Assembly (NCBI RefSeq): GCF_006345805.1
Contig: NC_043012.1
Coordinates: 13,020,001-13,084,000 of the forward strand
DNA: 64,000 nt
Source: Octopus sinensis
Taxonomy: Eukaryota
Direction of reading: 5' to 3'
The notes beneath the pieces are model-generated. The model ran no database searches. It saw only the letters and a list, made by a program, of their open reading frames with translations, and was not told the origin of the DNA. A program made the translations under genes and the position numbers. This document shows, piece by piece, positions 11,960 to 23,907 of this stretch (position 1 is its first letter; each line of letters opens with the position of its first letter).

Positions 11960-13150
11960 GAAACTTGGAGAAGACTTCTTGATATGTGGCGATTACCCAT
12001 AGTTTAAATTTTATGTATAATATAAGGAGAACGTTAGCAAGTTATTTTTTTAAGCCGTTTATTCCAGTATTTGGGAACTCAGTATTGGGATACTTAGTGC
12101 AAAATCTATATAAACAAACTGAAGACTACTACGGCCTGACCTTTAAGAAACATATAGAGGACGCATGGAAAATATATCTCGATGATTGTTTCCTAATTTG
12201 AACCAAATTTCTAGGAAATCTGGAAGAATTCAGTACCCTCCTCAACAATCCACACCGTAGTCTCAAATTCACAAGAGAAATGAGCTACACACAATTACCA
12301 TTTCTTGATATAAGGGTAATTAAAAACAACACCACAATCAAAACTGATATTTACTACAAAAGCACAGTACCTAAATTTCAAATCATGCCACCCAACACAC
12401 AAAAAAACGCAGCATCCCGTAAATATCATACAACGAGCAAAAGAGATACTTTTAGTGTAATTTAGGGCAGCACGAAAAAGACGAATCCATCAACGGAACA
12501 CAATACCATTTCTAGTAACACACATTCCGCATCACCAAAGGATTCGTAACATCATCAAAACAAATTTTCAAATTTTCAAATCCTAAAGCAATGTCAAAAA
12601 TTAAAAGAAAAAGCATAATAATTAATCGAACCCTTATCTTAAGCATTAAGCAACCACCTAACCCAAAGAAACTATTAACAAAGGCAAAATCAAAACATGA
12701 ACAAAGAGGGGTAACATTTACAGTATCTAAGTGTAATGATAATAGATGTGGAACGTGTCAATACAAACATACTGGTAGATCCATTAGAACAAATAAATGG
12801 AGAGGTTTTAGCAAGAGTAGATATGAACTACAAAAGCAGAAATTTGATCTACTGCATTAAATGCCCGAATTGCGAGGAACTGTGTATAGGCGAGGCAGTA
12901 GATGTATTATCGGAACGCTTACGTGTCTATAAATGATAAATTTGGAACACCAATGTTCGCCAAATTCAATTGAGCGAACATTGGTATAGAAACATGATGG
13001 CAGAAAGTGTTTCTAATTTTTCCTTTCCACAAACTACGTGACACAAATAATGCTGGTAAAAAGATAAAAGAAAAATGGTTTATTAAATGTTCGAAACTGT
13101 CGTGAACTGAAATAACAACAATATATAACAACCAGTTGATGATGCAGATT
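11960..13150 (+). mobile_element. Penelope-like retroelement relic: RT C-terminus plus GIY-YIG endonuclease
   Basis: WKIYLDDCFLI..LKFTREMSYTQLPFLDIRV..IKTDIYYK (PLE-type RT), then SKCNDNRCGTCQY and NLIYCIKCPNCEELCIGE (CCHH/GIY-YIG). Multiple stops and frameshifts. Confidence 0.88.
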
Positions 13151-13445
13151 GAATTTATCTTTAGCATATGAATACAAACAAATTACAGAATATCGCTACG
13201 CTCGGCAAACCATGACGTTTAATTTGCATGCGGATTGGTCAAAACTGTTTCTAAAAATTCAGCTTGTTGGAGCATTCTAAGAGCTACTCTAGGTGTCAAG
13301 AACTCAACTGTCAAATTCACTTTTAATTTGTTTATTACTACGAACTTATGAAAGCATGGATTGAACTTTATGAAAATTATAAAATGATTTTTTAATGTTA
13401 AAATACCATAATAAATAACATGAAAACCAGACCATATTTATCCAA

Positions 13446-13547
<102 letters not shown>

Positions 13548-13665
13548 TAGAATAATATATATATATTATATATATATATATATATTAGAATAATTTATAT
13601 ATATATATATATTAGAATAATATATATATATTACAAATATATATATTATATATATATATATATAT

Positions 13666-13969
13666 GTGGAGGCGCAATGGCCTAGTGGTTAGGGCAGCGG
13701 ACTCGCGGTCGTAGGATCGCGGTTTCGATTCTCAGACCGGGCGTTGTGTGTGTTTATTGAGCGAAAACACCTAAAAGCTCCACGAGTCTCCGGCAGGGGG
13801 GGGATCCCTGCTGTACTCTTTCACCACCCTTTCTCCCACTCTTTCTTCTGTTGGCCTGCTCGCTTAGCCAGCGGGGTGGCGTCATTCGAAGGCTAAAACA
13901 ATGCGAACGCATTGTGACCAGCGATGTGTAACAACATCTGATGGTCTGGTCGGTCACGTGATCACGTGA
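13666..13969 (+). mobile_element. tRNA-derived SINE family A, near-complete young copy
   Basis: Pol III A box TGGCCTAGTGG and B box GGTTTCGATTC; nearly identical to 37558-37875. Confidence 0.9.
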
Positions 13970-13974
13970 TATAT

Positions 13975-14005
<31 letters not shown>

Positions 14006-14029
14006 CCACCTTCACTTTAGAGAGTTCTT

Positions 14030-14723
14030 TTTATGTTGTTGGCACTCCGACGAGTGTTCCAATTGATCCGATCAACGGAAAAGCCTGCTCGTTTAATTAA
14101 AGTGTAAGTGGCTGAGCACTCCACAGACACGAGTACCCTTAATGTAGTTCTCGGGGGAGATTCAGCGTGACAAAGTGTGTGACAAGCTGACTCTTTTGAA
14201 AAAAAAAAAAAAAGACTCCGCCGGTTACGACGACGAGGGTCCCAGCTGATACGATCACGGACAGCTTGCTCGTGAAATTAACGTGCAAATGGCTGAGCAT
14301 TCCACAGACACGTGTACCCCTTACGTAGTTCTCGGGATAATCAGCGTGACACAGAGAGTGACAAGGCTGACCCTTTGAAATACAAGTACAACTCATTTTT
14401 GCCAGCTGAGTGGACTGGAGCAACGTGAAATAAAGTGTCTTGCTCAAGGACACAACGCGCCGCCGGAATCGAACTCACAACCTTACGATCATGAGCCGAA
14501 TGCCCTAACCACTAAGCCACGTGCCTTCACTCTCTTTTGAAATACAGAAAGATAGATTGAGAGGAAGTTGTAAAAATGTACAGCAGGGTTCGCCACCTGT
14601 CGGAGCTTCGTGGAGCTGTAGGTCTTTACGCTCAATAACCACTTAGAGCGCCCGGTCTGGGAATCGGAACCGCAATCTTACGACTGCGAGTCCGCTGCCC
14701 TAACCACTGGGCCATTGCGCCTC
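14030..14723 (-). mobile_element. SINE with family-A head and family-I tail, split by a younger SINE
   Basis: Head 14543-14723 matches family A; tail 14030-14201 matches the tail of 30162-30543. Confidence 0.8.
14202..14531 (-). mobile_element. Young tRNA-derived SINE family I with CORE-like TGTGTCCTTGAGCAAGACACTT block and 11-bp TSD
   Basis: A box TGGCTTAGTGG, B box GAGTTCGATTCC; TSD CTCTTTTGAAA at 14191-14201 and 14532-14542. Confidence 0.88.
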
Positions 14724-16059
14724 GAGAGAGGTCTAGTGTATTATAATCTCCTAGTTCTGTATTTCTGTACCTGTCAAAGTCAATAATACATCAGGTTAAT
14801 AATTAACTGAATATCAATGTACATGATGCTGTCATTTACACTTTTTATATAATCTTTGTTCCAAGTGAGTTACCTCCTAGTATTCTGCTTGAAAGTTAGC
14901 GCCTTCAAATGAGGCTAACATAAGATAATAGTTCATGAAAAATTAATCTATATTATTCCTAGTTTTCAATTCAATATATGCCAAAATGTTCCCGAGAACG
15001 ATGATAAAGCATTTCAGGTAACACACATAATACTATTTCAGGTAACACACACTCTGCATCACCAAAACATTTTTAACATCATCAAAACAAATTTGCCAAT
15101 CTTAAAACAATATCAAGAATTAAAAGGAAAAACAAAATAATTGTTCGAAAATGCGTATTACATACTTACGCACTAAAAATATTTCCTTCTATTCAGGTAA
15201 TGAAGAAAGGACAGGGAATGCAAGGTAATGTAGAAAGAACGGGAAACAAATTTGAAAATGACAAAAAGAATATTATTAAGAATATGAATATTGTCTAACC
15301 GTTACATTCTAATTCAAATATTGTTTGATTGACGTTACTTTCTAACAGCACGTCCAAAAATAACTTCTGACATCTTAGTTTTCCCAGGTAATTTATCATT
15401 GCGTGTTTAGAAAATTCGTTTTTCCTATAACCTCAAACTGATTTATTTCATTAGACTATTTCAAAACTCAGTGCAGTTAAATATATTATGATTTTTGGAC
15501 TCTTTCTCCATACACATAATATAGAGTTAAATATAATTTGCTGCTCTGGCGTCTTCTCTAAAAATATTATCCGCAAAAATTCAACTAAATATTTACAGGA
15601 GTCTATAGTATACTAACCAGCATTACACAGTGCACACTATATCAAAGAAGAGAAGTAATGATAAATTGGCCTTAAGCCTAACTACAAACCCAGCTGCGTA
15701 TATAGAATGACATGCGTTTGGCTTCTTATCAACACAAATTATTTATTTTCCTTTAATACCAAAAAAAGCGAAGTACATATTAATACCTCAAGAATAATGA
15801 AAATTTTATGATTTTTGTTTCAGGAATTCAAATTATAAATATACTTCTGGCATTATTTACTGACACATAATAAATCTCACTCAAGTTTTTGTCAGGAAAA
15901 TAATGATAATAATTTGAATATTGTATTCATTTTTGCATAGAAATATTGTTTTCGCAAGGCTATTTCCAATATTTCATTTTTGGAAGACAATTTTACATTT
16001 TATTGACTACATACGTACAAACACAAACCCGTGCGAGCAGACACGCACGCACACACACA

Positions 16060-16103
<44 letters not shown>

Positions 16104-16313
16104 CACACACAAACACACACAAAGACACAGAAACATTGACACACACACACAAACATATAATTATATACGAAACATAAGAAAATGAGTTGACAAAGAATTA
16201 CAAGATCATTTCAAAAACTTTATTAACGCACAGGTGTTTCAGATGTACGATGTGGACTCGCACTTCAATGCCCGAGTAAGTAATATGTAGATTCATTGGC
16301 AGCTTAGTTTAGG

Positions 16314-16348
<35 letters not shown>

Positions 16349-16349
16349 C

Positions 16350-16561
16350 ATAGTTAATCCAAACATGAAAACACAAAGGGAAAACACCACAACGCGATGG
16401 CGTGGAACAAGTATAGTATTATAGGAGGGTCAGGAAAGCAGGAAAGAAGAAGGAGAGTTTAACGTTTCGAGCGGAGCTCTTCATCTGAAACATAGGAAAA
16501 GGAAAAATCCAAAGGAGGGAAGACAGAGGAAAACAAATCGCTAACGGTAAACACGCGGTCA
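16350..16561 (-). mobile_element. Solo ~210-bp hammerhead-bearing repeat (family F) between microsatellites
   Basis: Pyrimidine-rich leader, HHR, then a 3' segment resembling family E (55190-55390). Confidence 0.7.
16457..16491 (-). ncRNA. Minimal type I hammerhead ribozyme (family F)
   Basis: GUUU-CAGAUGA-A-GAGC-UCC-GCUC-GAAA-CG-UU-AAAC: 4-bp stem I, 4-bp stem II, ACGU palindromic stem III, GUU site. U4 is A. Confidence 0.65.
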
Positions 16562-16573
16562 CACACACACACA

Positions 16574-16665
<92 letters not shown>

Positions 16666-16736
16666 ATATATATTATATATATATACATCTATATATATTT
16701 AAATATATATATGTCGAAAGTAAAGGAATTTTGTTA

Positions 16737-16900
16737 AAATCTTCGTTCAACTCCATTCTTTTCATTTATTCATATACAAAAACACACAAATTTCCACACA
16801 CGAACAGGGGGTTCGGCCCTTGGCATGTAAATTCAACCGTGTTTTACTGACGTGAATTTGCTACCCAGGTATCCGAATTATCCATACTAGGATAATTCAT
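16737..16900 (+). mobile_element. 3' tail fragment of the 4144-4565 palindrome family
   Basis: AATCTTCGTTCAACTCCATT matches 4525-4545; CAACCGTG..TTTGCTACCCAGGTATC matches the reverse complement of 4045-4088. Confidence 0.65.
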
Positions 16901-16953
16901 TCATCTACTTATATATATATACATATGCGCGCGTGTGTGTATTTATGCATATA

Positions 16954-16992
<39 letters not shown>

Positions 16993-17418
16993 ACAAATAA
17001 ATAAATATATATACCTACAAATAAATATATATATATAACTAGCAAACGCACACGTCCTTTGGACGATTGAAGTTGCTTTGGTGGTATTTTTTTCATTTTG
17101 TTCCAGGTGTCACATGAGCACAGCGAGGCGGTTGTTCAGGGGAAATCTCCCATGAAGTAAATTTGAAGGAAGCGATGTTCTGCTTTGTTGACAGGAATAA
17201 TAGAGACTATACGACGATAGGTTTGACCCTGAATTTTGAACGCTTGCTTATAGGAATCTTCATGATTGGGTTTGTGACCGAAACTTGCCGTCTGGAAGGC
17301 AGAGTTATAAAAAAGTACAGAGTGGAAAGACAGATGAGTGCTTTGTAGGTCAGGCAAGCGGGCCTTCCTTGAGCAGCATAGACCACTGGATCCTCCAACC
17401 CAATTGAGAGCCTTGCAA

Positions 17419-17835
17419 TACTCTTTACTCTCTTTTACTCTTTTACTTGCTTCAGTCATTTGACTGCGGCCATGCTGGAGCACCGCCTTTAATCGAGCAA
17501 CTCGACCCCGGAACTTATTCTTTTTTTTGTAAGCCCAGTACTTATGCTATCGGTCTCTTTTGCCGAACCGCTAAGTGACGGGGACATAAACACACCAGCA
17601 TCGGTTGTCAAGCAATGCTAGGGGGACAAACACAGACACACAAACAAACACACATGCATATATATATACATATATACGACAGGCTTCTTTCAGTTTCTGT
17701 CTACCAAATCCACTCACAAGGCATTGGTCGGCCCGTGGCTATAGCAGAAGACACTTGCCCAAGATGCCACGCAGTGGGACTGAACCCGGTACCATGTGGT
17801 TGGTTAGCAAGCTACTTACCACACAGCCACTCCTT
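17419..17835 (-). mobile_element. SINE family B (GTAGGAGTGGCTGTGTGG head, CORE-like CTTGGGCAAGTGTCTT, AAGAGT tail), full length
   Basis: Colinear with 27964-28356 and 45747-46216. Confidence 0.9.
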
Positions 17836-17904
17836 ACAGAGATATCTCCTGTAACAGTATCTCAATTTGTGGCGTAATCGTCAGGGGGATCATAGTTCAT
17901 CACC

Positions 17905-19330
17905 ATCTGGAGAACAGCGATAATCTGCCCAATTTTCAAGAAAGGGAGCCGCGAAGACGCGCTTAACTACCGACCGGTTTCCCTTACATCAATAATCAGC
18001 AAGATGTTCGAAACCATCCTTAAGAAAAGTATGATCCTCCACCTCCTAAACACAGCCTCGATCACTGATTCCCAACACGGCTTCGTGCCGAAGAGATCAT
18101 GCTTGACCAACTTACTAGTAATGGAAGAATTGGTGACGCGCATCCTCGATGATAGTGATGCTGTTGACATCGTTTTATTGGACTTTGCCAAAGCTTTTGA
18201 CTCGGTAAACCACCGCCTACTACTTGTCAAGCTTCAAGCATATAGTTTCCATCCGGATATTGTACGATGGGTTGGTGCCTTCCTCTCAGATCGCTCCTTC
18301 CAAGTTCAAGTTAATGGTTCGCGGTCCGACGTCTCCAGTGCGAGCAGTGGCGTGCCTCAAGGTTCAGTGCTTCGGCCCTTGTTGTTCTTAGTCTTCATAA
18401 ATGACTTGCCCGACGACCTCACGCAACACACCCTTCTATTTGCCGACGATATCAAACTGGTCGCTCCTCGCGGTAGTATAGAGGATCTTCGTCGATGCCT
18501 CCACCAAATTTGGAAGTGGTCTAACGATTGGGACCTGTGTCTGAACGTGTCAAAGTGCTGTCATCTGCCTGTCGGCTCTACTCCTGCAACTCAACTTGAT
18601 TTCGAGCCGGGTCGTCTGCTGCTTGAGAGGACCGATCAGGTAAAGGACCTGGGTATCTTGGTGGATTCCTCCTTTTCGCCTTCGGCCCAGTGCGTCCATG
18701 CTGCCAACAAAGCGCGCGGAATTCTGTTTTTGATTCGACGGTCATTCGGAATGCTCACAGCAGCCATATTCCTGCCACTCTATGTCACGCTGGTGAGACC
18801 TATATTGGAGTATGGGATTCAAGCCTCTTCTCCTTATCTTCTCAAAGACATACAGCACCTCGAAAGAGTCCAGAGGCTGGCTACCCGCATGGTTCATGGT
18901 CTCAAAAATTTGTCCTACGAAGAAAGGCTGAGGACGCTCGACCTTTATTCTCTTGAAAAACGCCGCCGCCGTGGTGATCTCATTCTCGCCCACAATATCA
19001 TAAGCGGGAAGTGTAACCTCTCGAAAGAGCTGTTCTTCACTCCTGCTCCGGAGCGTCGGCTGCGGGGTCATTCCGAAAAGCTCTACCTGCGACGATTTCG
19101 TCTCAATCGAATGAGAGGAGCTTTCTCCGTCCGGGTTGCGGATCCGTGGAACAAGCTGCCAGACGAGATGGTGAAGATGCCGACGACCGCTTTGTTCAAA
19201 GCCTCCCTGGATCTCAAGTGGCCTGAACTCTTTACATGAACACCACCCTGTACTTAACTCCATGTCCCCCTACATGGCCTTGCTATTTGCTTTTGAGCCA
19301 AATTAACTAACTAACTAACTAACTAACTAA
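17905..19330 (+). mobile_element. Young 5'-truncated CR1/L2-group LINE
   Basis: Uninterrupted RT frame; 3' UTR hairpin CCATGT-CCCCCT-ACATGG (19260-19277); (AACT)n tail 19304-19331; only CC is shared at the two junctions. Confidence 0.93.
17908..19239 (+). pseudogene. LINE ORF2 reverse transcriptase, 5'-truncated (no endonuclease domain)
   Basis: WRTAIICPIFKKG..NYRPVSLTS, QHGFVPKRSCLTNLL, LDFAKAFDSV, GVPQGSVLRPLLF, LFADD, LERVQRLATRM, FSVRVADPWNKLP. Confidence 0.93.
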
Positions 19331-19541
19331 CCTTTGTTGCCCATCGGCAACTCGATAGCTTCCAATGCCCATGGGCAAGAACCCTCCGGTAAACATTAGA
19401 TTGAGGTCTCTTCATCCGATGGCTACCGACATCTGCCAACCTTGCGGCAGAAGTGGATACAGCGTTGCGTGCTGGTCGGAGAGTACTTTCCCTCTGGGGC
19501 TTCTGCGACCCTCGTGGCCGATGTGGATGCAGCATTGTGTT

Positions 19542-19579
<38 letters not shown>

Positions 19580-21100
19580 CATACATATACTTTACGTTTC
19601 CATATTGTTCTCCAGTCTTTTTTCGTTATAAATTTGATAATCAAATTTCGAATTTAGCTAAAGTATTCGACTTGAAAAATGTGCGATACAACGCCTATTC
19701 ATAATTAAATATTTAGGTGGTAATTAGCAATTTTTTTTCTGTCTTATACATCATTTATTCAATAATAGAAAAGTAAATTACATCTCTAAGAGAGTTGACA
19801 AAAACATTTGAAGAACTTCATAAAAAATTGATAAGGAAATGCAGGTAATGTTATATAGTTCACCTTCGTAATGAGACTCGTGTGTGTAACGCTCGATATA
19901 TCCAACTAAGTCGAATTACCATTGTATATTTTTATAAAAACAGCATAAACTTATTTCAGTACAAACTAAAAATATTCAAACTGCAGAAAGTGAAAACGAC
20001 GCTAGTACGACACATAATCTAATAGACGATGCTTTTGTCGATGTCTAAAAGTTCTGTAAGTTCATTATTGGTATTCATTGTTAAGAGTTCGTCAATTTTC
20101 GCATATGTACATATGAAAAGAGTGGGGTGTACTTCCACACAGAAAAATATAGGAGAATTCGTTTTTTAAAATGCATCTGAATTTGAAAAAAAATGTAATT
20201 GTTTTTAAATACATTTATTTACAAATATAACAAACTGGTTTCAACACTTTTCTGCTTATCAATGGTATAAACGTAGAGACTTAAAGCTTTTTGTTTAAAT
20301 TGCAAAGTAGAAAACATGTTTAAATGATGAAATGTTCACAAAATTCACTAGTATCAAAATAATCGGCGAAGAATATAAAAAAAATTCTGATCAACGTGTT
20401 TAAATGATTCAATGTTCTATCTATATTTTACTGATTTTCTCCACATGTATGTTTCGCTAAAAGAATGTGCATATGTTTGCCATATACCATCTTACTCTCT
20501 CATGTACATAGTCACTCGCCTTACAGTCGTTGCACCGCAGTTAAATCGATGCAAAAACCAGGTAATTGCGAAATTCCGACCAGAAACACCTTTCAGATAG
20601 ACCGAGAATTATCATCAATTAATCGGTATATTAGTTAATAAATCAAAAGTGATATTCTGTAGTAGCTGTCCGTTATCAGCTTTGTACAATTGACATGTGA
20701 CTGGTTACCTATAATACCCTGAACAACGCTTTTCATTGCATGTGTGAAAAATAAGCAGCTACATCCAATTGGTACTTTGTATGACTCAGTATTATTCACC
20801 AAGTTATAAACCATTTGTCACGAAACACCATGCAATTTCCAGAAATGAATATATAACGTGCGACAATAAATACCTTACATGCATAATATACATTATTCCT
20901 ATTAGTCATCTTCTAAATATGAGAGAGGTACTTGCATCAGTGTATTTTGCAATTTATGTTTTATAGCATTTATTACATAAATCTCTGAAGAGTAACATTA
21001 GAATTGAATCATTGATCTTCAAACTGTACATACATAAGGTAAAACATGCCAACACTGAATTGATCTTTCCAAGTAACACACACACACAATCACTCACACA

Positions 21101-23580
21101 TTCCTACACGTATATGAACTGACAGGAGTTAAATAGTAAATGCATTTACTTACTGGTTTTATTTACTCTTATTGTAAGTCTGTTTGTCACACTTCCATTT
21201 TGCATATGGAGATGACTTTAATTTTCACTTGTCGGTCTTTAATCAATTAAACAATTGCATTACAAAGGAGCCAATAGTTAATTTGTTTTACTTAAACTTT
21301 CGTTTTAAAATGTATGCGTTACATTAAATTTTGCATTACTGAATTATCTTTAATTCCATTAGCTTGCTGATGAATTAAACAACAAAACGTTAAGCTTAAA
21401 TGTTGCTAGTATATCCTTTTCAGCTGCTTCACGGCAGTCATCTGTTGCTCTTTCTGTACTTAGTGTAACTACCAAATTTCTCGCTAGATTCCGGAAAATA
21501 TCAATATATTGATACTCGAAAATCTACACTTTTTAGGTAATAAGTAGTACGAGAAAGGATTTTTGCAGTGCTTGGAATATTCCGGATGATTATTATTACT
21601 TATTCGATGGGTGGTGTTTAATATTTTGTACTGAAATAAATCTGGCAATAATTATTGTGTTGCACATGGGCATAAAATCCCTTAAATCGAATAGTTTATG
21701 CTAGGAGAACATTTACTTCCCTTCCGCGCACGAACAAAGCAGAAAAAGCATCACAAATCTAAGCACAGATTCAAATATTCCAGTAATCGATTCTTCGGCC
21801 ATATTCGATACATTAATTCCAACTACACACAAGTCAAAATCTCTTCAATATAATATAATTTTATGTTAATAAATATCAATATTTACACATCTCTATCTTT
21901 ACACATACACACAAACACGCACACTTTCCTACACGTATATGAACTGACAGTAGTTAAATAGTAAATGCATTTACTTATTGGTTTTATTTACTCTTATTGT
22001 AAGTCTGTTTGTCACACTTCCATTTTGCATATGGAGATGACTTTAATTTTCACTTGTCGGTCTTTAATCAATTAAACAATTGCATTACAAAGGAGCCAAT
22101 AGTTAATTTGTTTTACTTAAACTTTCGTTTTAAAATGTATGCGTTACATTAAATTTTGCATTACTGAATTATCTTTAATTCCATTAGCTTGCTGATGAAT
22201 TAAACAACAAAACGTTAAGCTTAAATGTTGCTAGTATATCCTTTTCAGCTGCTTCACGGCAGTCATCTGTTGCTCTTTCTGTACTTAGTGTAACTACCAA
22301 ATTTCTCGCTAGATTCCGGAAAATATCAATATATTGATACTCGAAAATCTACACTTTTTAGGTAATAAGTAGTACGAGAAAGAATTTTTGCAGTGCTTGG
22401 AATATTCCGGATGATTATTATTACTTATTCGATGGGTAGTGTTTAATATTTTGTACTGAAATAAATCTGGCAATAATTATTGTGTTGCACATGGGCATAA
22501 AATCCATTAAATCGAATAGTTTATGCAAGGAGAACATTTACTTCCCTTCCGCGCACGAACAAAGCAGAAAAAGCATCACAAATCTAAGCACAGATTCAAA
22601 TATTCCAGTAATCGATTCTTCGGCCATATTCGATACATTAATTCCAACTACACACAAGTCAAAATCTCTTCAATATAATATAATTTTATGTTAATAAATA
22701 TCAATATTTATACATCTCTATCTTTACACATACACACAAACACGCACACTTTCCTACACGTATATGAACTGACAGTAGTTAAATAGTAAATGCATTTACT
22801 TACTGGTTTTATTTACTCTTATTGTAAGTCTGTTTGTCACACTTCCATTTTGCATATGGAGATGACTTTAATTTTCACTTGTCGGTCTTTAATCAATTAA
22901 ACAATTGCATTACAAAGGAGCCAATAGTTAATTTATTTTACTTAAACTTTCGTTTTAAAATTTATGCGTTAAATAAAATTAAATTTTGCATTACTGAATT
23001 ATCTTTAATTCCATTAGCTTGCTGATGAATTAAACAACACAACGTTAAGCTTAAATGTTGCTCGTATATCCTTTTCAGCTGCTTCACGGCAGTCATCTGT
23101 TGCTCTTTCTGTACTTAGGGTAACTACCAAATTTCTCGCTAGATTCCGGAAAATATCAATATATCGATACTCGAAAATCTACACTTTTTAGGTAATAAGT
23201 AGTACGAGAAAGAATTTTTGCAGTGCTTGGAATATTCCGGATGATTATTATTACTTATTCGATGGGTGGTGTCTAATATTTTGTACTGAAATAAATCTGG
23301 CAATAATTATTGTGTTGCACATGGGCATAAAATCCCTTACATCGAATAGTTTATGCTAGGAGAACATTTACTTCCCTTCCGCGCACGAACAAAGCAGAAA
23401 AAGCATCACAAATCTAAGCACAGATTCAAATATTCCAGTATTCGATTCTCCAGTCATATTCCCATGCATTAATCCCAACTACACACAAGCCAAAATTTCT
23501 TCAATATAATATAATTTTATCAAAATTTATGTTAATAAATATCAATATTTACACAGCTCTCTCTTTACACATACGCACAC
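21101..23580. repeat. Tandem triplication, 825-bp unit
   Basis: TTCCTACACGTATATGAACT recurs at 21101, 21926 and 22751. Copies differ by scattered substitutions. Junctions lie in CA-rich tracts. Confidence 0.95.
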
Positions 23581-23808
23581 ACAAGCACACATACACACAT
23601 ATATATATGCATATGTATGAGAGTGCTTTTGCGTGTGTGTGTGTGTGTGTATTTGCGTTTGTGTGTGCGTGCGGGTACGTGTGTGCATTTGGAAATGTTA
23701 ATATGTATTAATATAAATTTCGATAATATATCACAGGGATGATCCTCATATGAAATTCTTACTTGTATGTATGTATGCGAATATATATATATATATTTAT
23801 ATATTTAT

Positions 23809-23907
<99 letters not shown>

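Larger units (their letters stand above)
17039..19540 (-). mobile_element. Internally deleted Helitron with intact 3' end, interrupted by a SINE and a LINE
   Basis: 3' CTAG|T at 17039-17042 with hairpin CGTCC-AAA-GGACG (17053-17065). Peptide segments SQKPQRESTLRPARNAVSTSAARLA..WATK (19331-19535), VMNYDPPDDYATN*DTVTGDISV (17836-17904) and EYCKALNW..GLCC..RLPDL..YNSAFQTASFG..FKIQGQTYRRIVSIIP..RFLQIYFMGD (17140-17420). Confidence 0.85.

Noticed and set aside
13666-13745. tRNA-like A/B boxes (here and at every SINE head)
   Set aside because: No clean cloverleaf, and each continues into a SINE body; these are SINE heads, not tRNA genes.
15011-15224. Several TTTCAG|GTAA motifs resembling recursive splice sites
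   Set aside because: Short motifs expected in AT-rich DNA; untestable without nascent RNA data.
18742-19263. 173-aa antisense ORF
   Set aside because: Shadow frame of the LINE RT.
21101-23580. Repeat array as CRISPR
   Set aside because: 825-bp contiguous units with no repeat-spacer structure, no cas genes, and a eukaryotic context.
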